In this document: piece after piece, positions 36,590-48,200 of the stretch
Position numbering within the stretch: the first letter of the stretch is position 1
Layout: every line of letters starts with the position of its first letter
From: Anthoceros angustus
Taxonomy: Eukaryota; Plantae; Anthocerotophyta
Reading direction: 5' to 3'
Length of the DNA stretch: 64,000 bases
NCBI GenBank assembly: GCA_010909165.1
Contig: VJWM01000254.1
Span: 154,855 to 218,854 of the forward strand
Translations under genes and position numbers: made by a program
The notes under the pieces: model-generated
The model's input: the letters and a program-made list of their open reading frames with translations, nothing else
The model's database searches: none
What the model was told of the DNA's origin: nothing

Positions 36590-39500
36590 ATACATGGTGA
36601 CATACAACGACTTACATCTTGAACACTTTTGGAATCACGCAAGGCCGATTTCAACGGTGGCTCACGCGACGAGGCATTATCTTGGCAGCATCCATTATCG
36701 GAGGAGATGTGTGTTGATGTCATCGTTTATGTGCAAATGAGGTTTCTTGGTGACCAAAAGCGTATGTGCATATCTTCGCCCATTCAGTCCCTTGCACATA
36801 GAATCCATCCGACTCTTGCACAGGAATCCCCTCAATACCATTGTAACCGTTAATCCATAAGGCGAGTGGAATCCAAGGCACTGGATCTTGGGTTCTTCTT
36901 GCAACAACGCTCCACTCTTTATGCATGTTGTACCGCGGAAGAGAATCCACAGCTTTTTCACCGAAAGCTCCACAAAGTTAAAAGCATGAGGAATCGCGGT
37001 GGCGCATTTCCACCGAGGTTGGTGCTCCCTCGGCCATCAATGTCTTCATATCCTCTCCGTTGAGTACCCTTTGAGGTGGACGTCCGGACACTACCATGAG
37101 AGGATTCTCTCAATTGCATAATAGCGGTGGGGTTCTGTTACCACATTCGGGATCGCATCCCCTCATCCGTGCAGCGCCCTTGCGGCGATCCTGCTCTTGC
37201 GGCCCGCCCGCATTTTTCCGCTTCACGATGCGTGGCGGCGCCTCCAAGCGGGGGTCGATCTCTGCATGCTTATTGCTCCGTAGCGTCCTCGCGATCACCA
37301 TCCTGCAATCTTCAAAAACCTCTGTGCGGGAAGTTGGCGGGAGGAAGTAAGAGAATTCGTATCCGGACTCTCGAACTCTTGATGAAAAAGGAGAGGCTCG
37401 AGCTTCATGGAAATGAAATATGGATGTTGAAGCGCATCAACGGATTACGATAAAGCCTTAACACACTAGTTACGCTAAAGCGGCTCAAGTTGTAGCAGTT
37501 GGGTCACGAACACGGTCATCATTCATTTAACCTCAAATGCCTAAAATAGGCCCATTACAAATTCGATGCATCCACCTCATCTTATGCCGTCATTTTCTAA
37601 GGCGGTGTGCACTCTCATTCAAGGTCCATCGATCATGGCAAATTCGCCCGTCCATCGATGCAACCGTAAATCATCCAACACCACACGGTACCACCTTATG
37701 TCACATGTCTATAATTGTGGGTGTGACTTTGATCTTGATTCAAAGTGCGGTTCTTCCTCGCATGCAGGTAGCTCTTGAAAATTTGCCGATGTTGAAGCGG
37801 TGGAAGGAGTTCTTGAAGTCAAAGGACTTGGATGCTATCGGTCGGGCGAGCGAGATTCCTCCCGATATGCAACACTCGGTCGGAGGCATCAAGCGGTTTT
37901 GCTTGAATGCCTATCGGCGATCAAGGTATTCAAGTTGAAGAGGAGAAGTAGATGAAGGTCGTCGTGCAAACTCGTCGGAAATCGATTGCATTCAAAGGCT
38001 CTTGAACATGATTCCGGATGTGTGTTATTCGTCTGCAGTGCGCCTCCACCACTTCCGCGCGATAAGCGCATCCATTCCAAGACACCGCCTGTTTCGGTAT
38101 GTTGGATTCCATTCACGGAAGTCCTTCTCCGCCAGACAGCCTCGCCGTACATCCCGACCATCCGCAAGACTACTCCTGGGAAGTGATACATGACATATAC
38201 AACGACTTACATCTTGAACACTTTTGGAATCACGCAAGGCCGATTTCAACTCCGCTCACAACGACGAGGCATTATCTTGGCAGCATCCATTATCGCAGGA
38301 GATGTGTGTTGATGTCATCGTTTATGTGCAAATGAGGTTTCTTGGTGACCAAAAGCGTATGTGCATATCTTAGCCCATCAAGGTAACATAGAATCCATCC
38401 GCTCTTGCAGGAATCCCCTCAATACCATTGTAACCGTTAATCCATAAGGCCGAGTGGAATCCAAGGCACTGGATCTTGGGTTCTTCTTCGCAACAACGCT
38501 CCACTCTTTATGCATGTTGTACCGCCGGAAGAGAATCTCGGAGCTTTTTCACCGAAAGCTGCTCCACAAAGTTAAAAGCATGAGGAATCGCAGGGATCGT
38601 GCAGGTTGGTGCTCCTCGCCATCAATGTCTTCATATCCTCTCCGTTGAGTACCCTTTGAGGTGGACGTCCGGACACTACCATGAGAGGATTCTCTCAATT
38701 GCATAATAGCGGTGGGGTTCTGTTACCACATTCGCGGGATGCATCCCCTCATCCGTGCAGCGCCCTTGCGGCGATCCTGCTGCTCTTGCGCCCGCATTTT
38801 TCCCCGCCGATGCGTGGCGGCGCCTCAACGCAGCGGGGGTCGATCTCTGCATGCTTATTGCTCCGTGGCGTCCTCGCGATCACCATCCGCAATCTTCAAA
38901 ACCTCCGTATGGAAGTTGGCGGGAGGAAGTAAGAGAATTGTGATCCGGACTCTCGAACTCTTGATGAAAAGGAGAGGCTCGAGCTCGGAAATGAAATATG
39001 GATGTTTGAACCGCATCAACGGGATTACGATAAAGCCTTAACACCGCTAGTTACGCTAAACGGCTCAAGTTGTAGCAACCAAACACCATCATTCATTTAA
39101 CCTCAAATGCCTAAAATAGGCCCATCACAAATTCGATGCATCCACCTCATCTTATGCCGTCATTTTCTAAGGACGTGCACTCTCATTCAAGGTCCATCGA
39201 ACTGCTACGCCATCCCCATCAGAACCGCAATTATAAATCATCCAACACCACACGGTACCACCTTATGTCACATGTCTATAATTGTGGGTGTGACTTTGAT
39301 CTTGATTCAAAGTGCGTTCTTCCTCGCATGCAGTAGCTCTTGAAAATTTGCCGATGTTGAAGCAGTGGAAGGAGTTCTTGAAGTCAAAGGACTTGGATGC
39401 TATCGGTCGGGCAGAACGCGAGATTCCTCCCGATATGCAACACTCCGGTCAGAGGCATCAACGGCGCGGTTCCCAGCTTGAAATGCCTATCGGCAGTCAA

Positions 39501-39760
39501 GGTATTCAAGTTGAAGAGGGAGAAGTAGATGAAGGTACGTCGTGCAAACTCGTGCCGGAAATCGATTGCATTCCAAAGGCTCTTCTGAACATGATTCCGG
39601 ATGTGTGTTATCAGCGCAGTGCACGGCCTCCACCACTTCCGCACGCGATAATCGCATCCATTCCAAAGACACCGCCTGTTCAAGATGTTGGATTCCATTC
39701 ACGGAAGTCCTTCTCCGCCAGACAGCCTCGCCGTACATCCGACCATCCGCAAGACTACTC
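36590..39760. repeat. About 1.6-kb tandem duplication inside element C
   Basis: 36590-38180 and 38180-39760 share the ORFs MESKALDLGFF, MRGFSQLHNSGG and MPKIGP; they differ by indels. Confidence 0.9.
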
Positions 39761-39899
39761 CTCCGGAAGTGCTCCACGGGGCGACACGCCGGTCGGATAT
39801 GGCCGCCTGTTGGGGTGAATGCCAACTCGGTTTTGCAGCCGGTTGTATCTAGAAGATACTGCTTTCCACTGCCGTGGCCCCGTTCGGTGGAACGATGTG

Positions 39900-42770
39900 G
39901 AGGAAGAGGACTCGGATGACGGTGCATTTGAACATCCACCTCCAGGCGTACATACAATTTGAAGCCGGGTCCGAATCATTTATCGAGCATGGCGAGACCA
40001 CCACGTAGGCGCCCAAGTAAAGGCAATCTAAAGTGCCCGAGATGAAATGTGAAGAGGTTCGTATTACCGTGATTTTCGCAAAACTGTTGTGGTAGACAAT
40101 GCTTGAGGACAATAGGGAAGGCAACCTTCGAGATTTGAGGTATCGGTTCCTTAGAATGTGCGGCGGAGGCGGAGATGCACCTACAATCCCTTTTGATGTC
40201 GATTATGAGGCGATGGAAGGGTTAGGGTAGACTCGTTTCTTGTCGGACGAGGAAAAGTGTATTGTTGTAGAGGCCTTGAGACGTTTATTGTATCGGGTCT
40301 AGCCAGTGCAGAAGCAGCGAGGCGGTCGGAAACATTGCGTGGTCGCCTTCGCGTCTGGCCATCGACATCTTTGCAAGACTCTGGCGTGGATGAACCAACT
40401 GTTTATGCTTATTGCCGAGAGAATGCCAAACATTGAAGTGTATCACCTTCCGACTCTTACTCAAAAGGCGAGGTGTTTCAAGAATACAAGCAACATATGC
40501 ACTCAAGATCTGATGTTTCTCATTCCTACTTTTGTCGACTTTGGGCTCGCACTTCCACAAGGTGAAAATTCAAGAGCAATCGGTTTGCCTTGTGCACAAC
40601 TGCGATTACCTCAAGCGAAATATAAAGAGCGAGAAAAACAGAGAAAAACAAGGTGAGGCTTGATGTGAAATTGTGTTTTGGCAATGCGTGGATGGTGCGC
40701 GGTCGGTGGCAGTGTCGTGGTCGCGGCGCCTCCCACGGTAGTCGGGGTCGGGCGCTGTCTGGCGGCCGGGCGTGGTTGTGAAGTCGCGGTCGGCCCGGCG
40801 CCTCGGTATTCGTTGGCTGTTCCTTCCAGGCGGCGGTTTATTCCTCAACGTTGTTTGGGTGATTATTTTGCGAAGCATTTGAAGGCGATCCGAGGCGGCC
40901 TGACTCAAGTCGAGAGAGAAAATGCATCAAGCACCGCGTGAAATGTTATGGAGACCGGCAAAGTATATCGGGATATCCATCGACGGATGGACCAACGAAG
41001 ACAGCCTTCCACATTTCACGCGTTTACCCAAGGACTGTCGATGTAGGTTTGATCGGCGTCCATGTTGTGGGGTGCATGATTTATAACTACACCATGTCGG
41101 AACTCTTCATGGCATACGGAACATCCGAACGATGCAAACGACTATAGCCAATATCCGATGTCATTTCAAATTACGAGGACTACTACCAAAGGTTCTTTAT
41201 CTTCAACTCGACAATCGCGGGAGAATAAGAATGCCGCTATTCGCTTACCCGAATATGTTGGTAGAGCTTAAGGTTTTGAGAAGGTAAAAGTAGGATTCCT
41301 CCGGTTGGGCACACTCATGACCAGTTGACGATGTTTTCGAGGTTTTCAATTCTTGCGAAGGAAGCTTTACGTTGCCCAAACCGACCGGTATTTTGGAGAA
41401 TGCATATCGCCCAAACCAAAAATTATGGAGGTGAAAGAAGTTCCGGACTTCAAAGTTTGTGTGGCCAATACCTTATGGTAAGGTGGCTATAAACAATTCT
41501 TTCGGTGAAAGCGTTGCACAATATATCTTTTCGACATCGTTCAAAATAACCCGAGAAAAGCGAGGTGAGCGGACTTATTCTTGTGATGAGGGGCAAACAA
41601 TATTCCAGATGAATCTGGTCACCGGACGAGGGTTTGGAGTTTTGAATAATGTCCCATCTACTCCTATTCAAAAGCTCGTTTGGTTCATTTGGAGGTCCAG
41701 TAAAAAGCGGTTGCGAGAGGGAGAGATCCGAAGAAGTCTTGCGACAATGCGTGGGAAACTAGAGGAAAACTCGGGACCCATTTGGCGCGGTGAGGATATT
41801 TGGTGGGAGGAATTCAGGGTGAGCAATCGACCATCGTGGACAAGATAGCATGTGAGCATCTTTGAGGAATTGAAGACCCCTTGGCAAGTAGTGCGATAGA
41901 ACACATAATGAAGAGTTGCATCGCTGGTTGTACAGTGAGATTTTACATCAATCGTTCGGCAAGTGCCCCGGACATGTATGTTGGAGCGTCGGCGGATGAT
42001 GCGCGGGAACAAGAAAGCTTGAAGCGATGTGTTGGAGATACAAAGCAGTCACATGATTGCGGTGCCTTGTGAGGCAGATCGACAATCGACCATTACGGCT
42101 CGCAAAAGTTCTGGTGGACTTCCAATGTGGCCCCATTCATTAAAGTCCATTGGTGGGTGACTAAATGCAGCGCATTTGAAGGCGGTACCTAGAGGAGATG
42201 ATTTTACATCCAATCGTTTCGCTGGACATGTATGTTGGAGCGCATCGACCGGATGATGCGCAAGGCGGGAACAAGAAAGCTTGAACGGCGATGTGTTGGA
42301 GATACAAACAGTCACATGATTGCGGTGCCTTGTGAGATGATGACAATCGACCATTCGGCTCGCAAAAGTTCTCTGTGGACTTCCAATGTGACGCCCATTC
42401 ATTAAAGTCCATTGGTGGGTGACTAAATGCACCGACGCATTTGAAGGCGGTACCTAGAGGAGATGATTTTACGATCACCACCAACGCACTGGGGGTCGCT
42501 CTCAACGACGGAGCATGAGGTTGCGGAAACACGTCGACAAATTGCTTCTTCGGACACATTCATCTTGGCATACGGGTTTTCTCTAACAAAAGCGAAGCAA
42601 CTAAATGCAAGGACCGAACCATAATACGGAAAAACATATACGTTTTGCGCTCATGCGGGAAGCTCGGAACATATGGAAGGAAGGGACGCTGCGGATGATG
42701 GCGTTGCGAAGATGTTGCATCGGCGAGGACATTGAAACACTTGATGAACATGGTTCATGGAGTTGATTAG
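39900..42770 (+). pseudogene. Sola-like (DUF7869-type) DDD transposase, frameshifted
   Basis: YIGISIDG(M)DQTKTAFPHF (about 40960-41020), GVHVVG, LPKVLYLQLDN..ENKN (about 41180-41235), VFEKVKVGFLPVGHTHDQxD (about 41270-41335). Cys-rich N-terminus; probable GC-rich intron about 40653-40829; C-terminal RPxxLAKV..VHWW domain, duplicated at 41950-42470. Confidence 0.8.
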
Positions 42771-44039
42771 TTAGTTTTCGATTGACCATGGACTCCTACT
42801 AGTCTTTGGGTGTGGGAAGGTATCGTGGCCTGCGCACTTCTCCAGGAGTGGATAGGTTGTGTGTTCCCCCATGGACATAAACGGCTTAACCAAGTGCAGA
42901 GTATGGGCACACAAAATGACGGTACAACACAGAATTTGCGATTATGTTCCAAATCGGCCAAAACCGTGTCTCTATTCTGATGGACCTTATTTTTTTAGGA
43001 CAACACATGATAAGACCGGCCTGTACGACAAAAGTTCAAACGCATCCACCAGTTCCGGTCCCCACACTTTTTCCGAAGTTTTGGAGGAATGAATTCGAAG
43101 ACGATAATTTTTTTGGCCACGTTCTTTTTCGGTCCTGTCGAAAAGTGGATGCCGAATTTCTTCAAAACCCGCAATAACGTACATGGTTTTCTGGGACATG
43201 CTTTTTTTTGAATATGATGATGGGAAAGTTTACTGCCTTTTGCCCAGCAGCCCATTTCAACGGAATCCGCCGATATTGCGCAGACACTGTTTATTAGTGT
43301 CTTACAGGTTTACTCCATGCCCTTGGTCTTCGTAGTGTGTGGGGCCCTCAAGATTACAAACTTCGATTGTAAAACAGGGAAGGAGCACCGCTGGTATGGT
43401 TGAACATCCTAGTTTAGGGCTATGAACTGAACTAAAATGATCCTAAACTAGGTTGATCCCATCCATAATCATTTTGGTCAGGATGGCCAACCATGAGTCC
43501 GTTCAGGTTCATATTATGATATTGATAGAGACAATAAAACCTTATTCATCGTATCAATATTTGATGTATTTCATCGTTTGGTCCACAAGGAAGAAGGAAA
43601 AGAAAAATCCTCCCAAAATATTTGTTACCCTAGAACATACACACTCCTAGGTTACCTACTTGCTTGAATGTCCTTTACGTACATATCTTTATGTGGTAAT
43701 TGTACATACATATTTGTTTCGTAGAGTTGGAGTTTGTGCATTTTGGGGCATCTTCGACACTAGGGATAGGTAAGCCCTTTTATGTCCATAATATTCCGGG
43801 AGTAGTAGGTAGTTTCAAGATAGGTGATTGCGGGGCTAGTCCCCCTTGGCCTGGTGTCCTCAAGAGGATCGTTCCCTGTGTCTAGCTAGGGGTAGATGGG
43901 ATTTCCCATCTCTTTTTCTTACACAAAGTCTCAATTTCCTAATTTTGGGATATTATGTTTTGTATAATTTAGAAAACTTGCACCCATGATGTATACATTC
44001 TGTGCCCATATTATGTGCATGGACTACTTCCACCTTGAT

Positions 44040-44270
44040 ATTATGCACCTGCACTACTTCCACCCTAATAAATACTGCTTGGACTACTTGTATCGTGGAT
44101 GTACATATGCCTTGCCCACAGAAGTAGTGCACCCTTATATTACCCGATATGAATACTACCTGGACTACTTGCAATGGGAAAGTACATATGTCTTGCCCAC
44201 GACGAGACACAATACTACCTGGACTACTTGCAATGGGAAAGTACATATGTCTTGCCCACGACGGAGACAC
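44040..44270 (+). repeat. About 59-bp tandem repeat, 2-3 copies
   Basis: CTGGACTACTTGCAATGGGAAAGTACATATGTCTTGCCCAC recurs at about 44160 and 44219. Confidence 0.85.
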
Positions 44271-44856
44271 AGTATCCATGAAGCGCATCTTGACCTAAAC
44301 TCCGTACAGCATAAACGTATTTGTTTATTATATCTTATCAATTTATGTACTTATGTATTTGGAGACCAACATTTTTGACTTAGATTTGTTCAGCTAGTAC
44401 AACCCAATGAACCAATCATCCAATTCCTAGAGTTCTTCTGCCTATGTGAGCAATATGTACATTTTATTATCCTTGAAGACAAGTGGAGATACTGCCTACA
44501 TAAAACCTGCATATGCATTGGTGAGCGGCTGAGAACAAGTCATACAAAGACAGCACGGAGGCCAGAGATACTAGGTTCATACATAACGTTGCGGCTCCTA
44601 CCTCACCTCACACGCGTTATCCAAGGGAGGCCCAAATCGCGGTGCCGATTTGTCTCCCTTGGGCCCGACCCGGTCTGGTGCAGTCCGTTCTGGCCTGGCC
44701 TGGCGGAGGAATATCTTCGAATGCTGCAACTGGGCAGAGCTGCTGCGGACGGATGGCCCGATCGTCTTCACCGGCACCTGGACTTCGAACGACACTGACG
44801 CTCACTTCCACTCCCTGCATGTTTCCTGCCGTACCGGCCCATCAACCTCGACTTGC

Positions 44857-44935
44857 GCAGCAGCAGCAGAAGCAACTGCAGCAGCAGCAGAAGCAATTGC
44901 AGCAGCAGAAGCAACAGCAACAGCTACAGCAACAA
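44857..44935 (+). repeat. Imperfect (CAG)n microsatellite upstream of RSH1
   Basis: Run of CAG/CAA/AAG triplets. Confidence 0.85.
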
Positions 44936-45224
44936 TTGGGATCTCACGCACTCTAGCTTCCTTCAATCGCAAACAGCCACAGCAGGGGGGTCTCATTGCA
45001 GGAGCGGCAAGAGCAGGGCAAGGGCAAGGGCACGGGCAAGTGCTCAGCAGCTCGGGCAAGGAGGAATTGGTCGCTTATCATCGGGGCCCGGGGGGCCTGA
45101 ATTGCAGGGCGCATCGCCTCGCCTGGAACTGGGATGGGCTAGCTGAGGAGCTATGATGCATGACGCCACTTGCAGCTCCCTCCCCGACCGGGCTTCTCCT
45201 CCTGCACCCTAAGCCCAGGACCCC

Positions 45225-48200
45225 ATGGCCGCAGCACCAGGTCAGTCGTGAGCTGAGCTGGATTGCTGCCGTTTCCGCTGCCGCATTGGCGTGTGCATTG
45301 CCTTGGGAATTGCGTGTGGTGCACGCGCAGATGAGGTTTTCTGTGAGGTTGGTGTGACGTTTGGTGCTTGCTTGGCAGCGCATATGAAGACATTGGGGGG
45401 TTGGAAATTCATCCAGCCTCTCTTGGCCAACAGCGAGTGTAGTCACACAACCTGTGCTTGGAAGGCTCCACGAGTGTTGAGCGGATTTCTTGCCAGCACT
45501 ACGCAGCCCGCCCTCCCCAAGGCCAGGCGATGGCAGAAGTACAGCCACAGGGCGTCTGGCAGTGATATGGTTCAGGATGAAGACGTAAGCTCATTGCTCA
45601 TCGCGCCGCATTGTGCAAGCCACTGGTAGCTTATGGTAACCAATGCCTTGGGGGTATCTGCTTTCAACAGATTCCTTTCGGAGGATGCAACTCCGGTTTC
45701 TGCCCTCGCGCCTCTCCTTATCAGAAAATTGGGAACACGAGATCCAGGAGCAGGAGAGGCATTCGGGTGGCGTGTGGAGTGCAAAGCAGTGAAGCTGCAT
45801 CTGAGGATTATAACCACATCACCCCCATTTTTCTGTGGAAGGTAAGGGTGCCCAGACTAATCACAGTAGAATTTACATCAAGAATTCTTCTCAACACCTT
45901 GTTTGTGTCTTCACGCTCGTCCTCGGTAGTTTCCGATGCGTCAGTCAATTTACTGATATGGCTGTCATACTTTTCATTTTGCAGGATCTGCACCCAACAG
46001 TCAGTTATCTCTCTCTTGCTCAGCTTGGGATGGTGAAGGATGCGTTGAAGGTAGCTCCACCCCACCCTCAATGGTCATTTACGTCTAACTGTTTGTTGTT
46101 TCTCTTGTCCAAGCAACTTCTCTTGCATTTGTATGTGTTTTCCGGGTCTGTTTCGCACTATGAAAATTCCTTTCTGTATCCAGCTCGCATTTCAAGCTCA
46201 TGATGGTCAGAAGCGTAAAAGTGGGGAGCCTTACATCATTCACCCTGTTGAAGTTGCTCGAATCCTGGGAGAACTGGTAGGAAGTTTGAATGCCATTGAG
46301 CAAACAGTGGTCCTTGATTGAGTGCAAACTTAAGCATCATGATGTTGGGCATGTCCTTTTACATTTGGCAATGACTCTGGCAGAAAGAAACGAGTTATGG
46401 GATCTTGCTTTCACAATTATCATTTGTGGTGTTATTCAAATCTTTTTCAGCTTCAAGCTTGCTGTGTAGATGCTGGTTCTGGCCTTTCCTGCGTCTCCCA
46501 ATGTGCCCTCTGGAAAATTTATCAGACAGCATGTCCGCCTTTGCCTTTACATGTGTGTTTCTTTGCTCACAGGAAATGGACTGGGAGACTATAGTTGCTG
46601 GTCTGCTACACGACACCGTAGAAGATACAACGTTAGTATCCTTTGAAATGATTGAAGAGCGGTTTGGACCTGTTGTTCGACGCATCGTTGAGGGGGAAAC
46701 GAAGGTGAGTATGGTGAAGTATGGTTCAAGACAGTCCATCATGGGAATTGTGAGTGGTATTGTTTTCCTGATATGGGTCTCATTGCAGGTGTCTAAACTT
46801 GGGAAGATGAAATGCCCAAATTCAGAGTCAGCAGCGCGTGATGTTAAGGCTGATGACTTGAGACAGATGTTTCTTGCAATGACTGAAGAGGTAGGTATTA
46901 CTCGGTTAAGAGTTGAGACCTCGTAACTCTTCCAGCTGCATTAAACGATCACTTGTAAGGCAAGCAGCCAGAGGACTTAGCCAAGTGCTTTCCTCATGAT
47001 GGAAATGAGCAGGACTGACTTTTCATGCTCAAACTGCATTGTATTGCGCAGGTTCGGGTGATAATTGTCAAACTAGCAGACAGGCTGCATAATATGAGGA
47101 CATTACAGCACATGCCTCCTCACAAACAGGTTCTATAGCTTTAACCTGGCTAGCAGCAGTCTGGTGTCAAGTGTTGTCTAATTGGTTCTTGTTTGTTGAG
47201 CAATCGCAGTGGTTGTGCAGCGCCATATTGCCATGGAGACTCTGCAAGTCTTTGCACCTTTAGCAAGGTTGTTAGGAATGCATCGTATCAAGGTTTGGAA
47301 ATGCTTCTAACACTCATCGAGTACATTCCGAATTAGGTCTATTTGTCACCTATTGGAACTCATCTTCAGCATCTTTTATGTGTGCAGTCTGAATTGGAGG
47401 ATTTGTCCTTCATGTATGCATTCCCTGATGACTATCGTGATTTAAAATGGCGTGTGGATACATTATGTAAAGAGCAAGAAGAAGTTGTTTCTGAGGTAAT
47501 TCAAAGAAATCTTTGGGTTTTATCTGCGGAGCACTTTTGTGGTTGGTGTGAGGATAGCATAAATTTCTACTTGGCTACTCTGAACATCCACTGCTGCAGG
47601 CTAAGAAGGTACTGCAGCGGAGAATCGCTAAAGATCAGTTCCTAAGCTTTGTGACATCGGAAGTGAAAGTCATTTCATCCTGCAAAGAGTTATACAGGTT
47701 TGTGCATGAAGGGGTGTGCCTTTGTAAAGTACGGGATGGAGGGTGATTTGGCAAAGGCTGCTGATGGTTGGTGTTCATGTCGGATACGTGTCGGACATCT
47801 GATTGTTGGCTTTCTTGCTTTTGCAGTATTTACAAGAAGATGCAAGAAAGCAAGTGTTCAGTGGATGAGATAAGAGATATTGCACAGGTTAGCAAGTCTT
47901 TCTCCGTCTTGAGTAAGTTGTCCAGTTATAGAAGTTATTTCCTGCCTGGTAAGCTGACTTCGTTGTGTGTGCCTCCTGATCAGCTACGAATGATTTTGAT
48001 CATGAAACCTGGGACCGCGGTGGGTCCTCTCTGTACTTCTCAACAGGTACTTGGCTGGTCCTGAATTCTTCTGCAGCAATCTTGTTACATATGTCTGCAC
48101 GGACTCAATTGGCAGCAGGGTTGAAGCTTCTGCTTGTCTCTAATTTGTGAAAATCTCCATTATGAAGGTCTGTTACCACTTGCTGGGGTTGGTACATGCA

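Larger units (their letters stand above)
30642..43291. mobile_element. Complete Sola-like DDD DNA transposon, copy C, carrying ParB-methyltransferase-like cargo
   Basis: Left TIR AACAGACTCCGCGCAATATCGGCGGATTC (30642-30670) vs reverse complement of 43263-43291 AACAGTGTCTGCGCAATATCGGCGGATTC, 26/29 identical. Flanking TATT/TATT 4-bp TSD (a 3-bp TTA reading is also possible). Internal DDD transposase present. Confidence 0.85.

Noticed and set aside
30642-43291. Classification as CACTA, hAT, Mutator or Helitron
   Set aside because: The termini are not CACTA/CACTG, the TSD is 3-4 bp rather than 8-9 bp, TIRs are present, and the transposase motifs fit a Sola-like DDD family. The exact Sola subgroup is not assigned.
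44589-45156. PolyQ/polyA ORFs upstream of RSH1 as a separate gene or an N-terminal extension
   Set aside because: They are explained by the CAG microsatellite, and an in-frame stop near 45210 precedes the RSH1 ATG.
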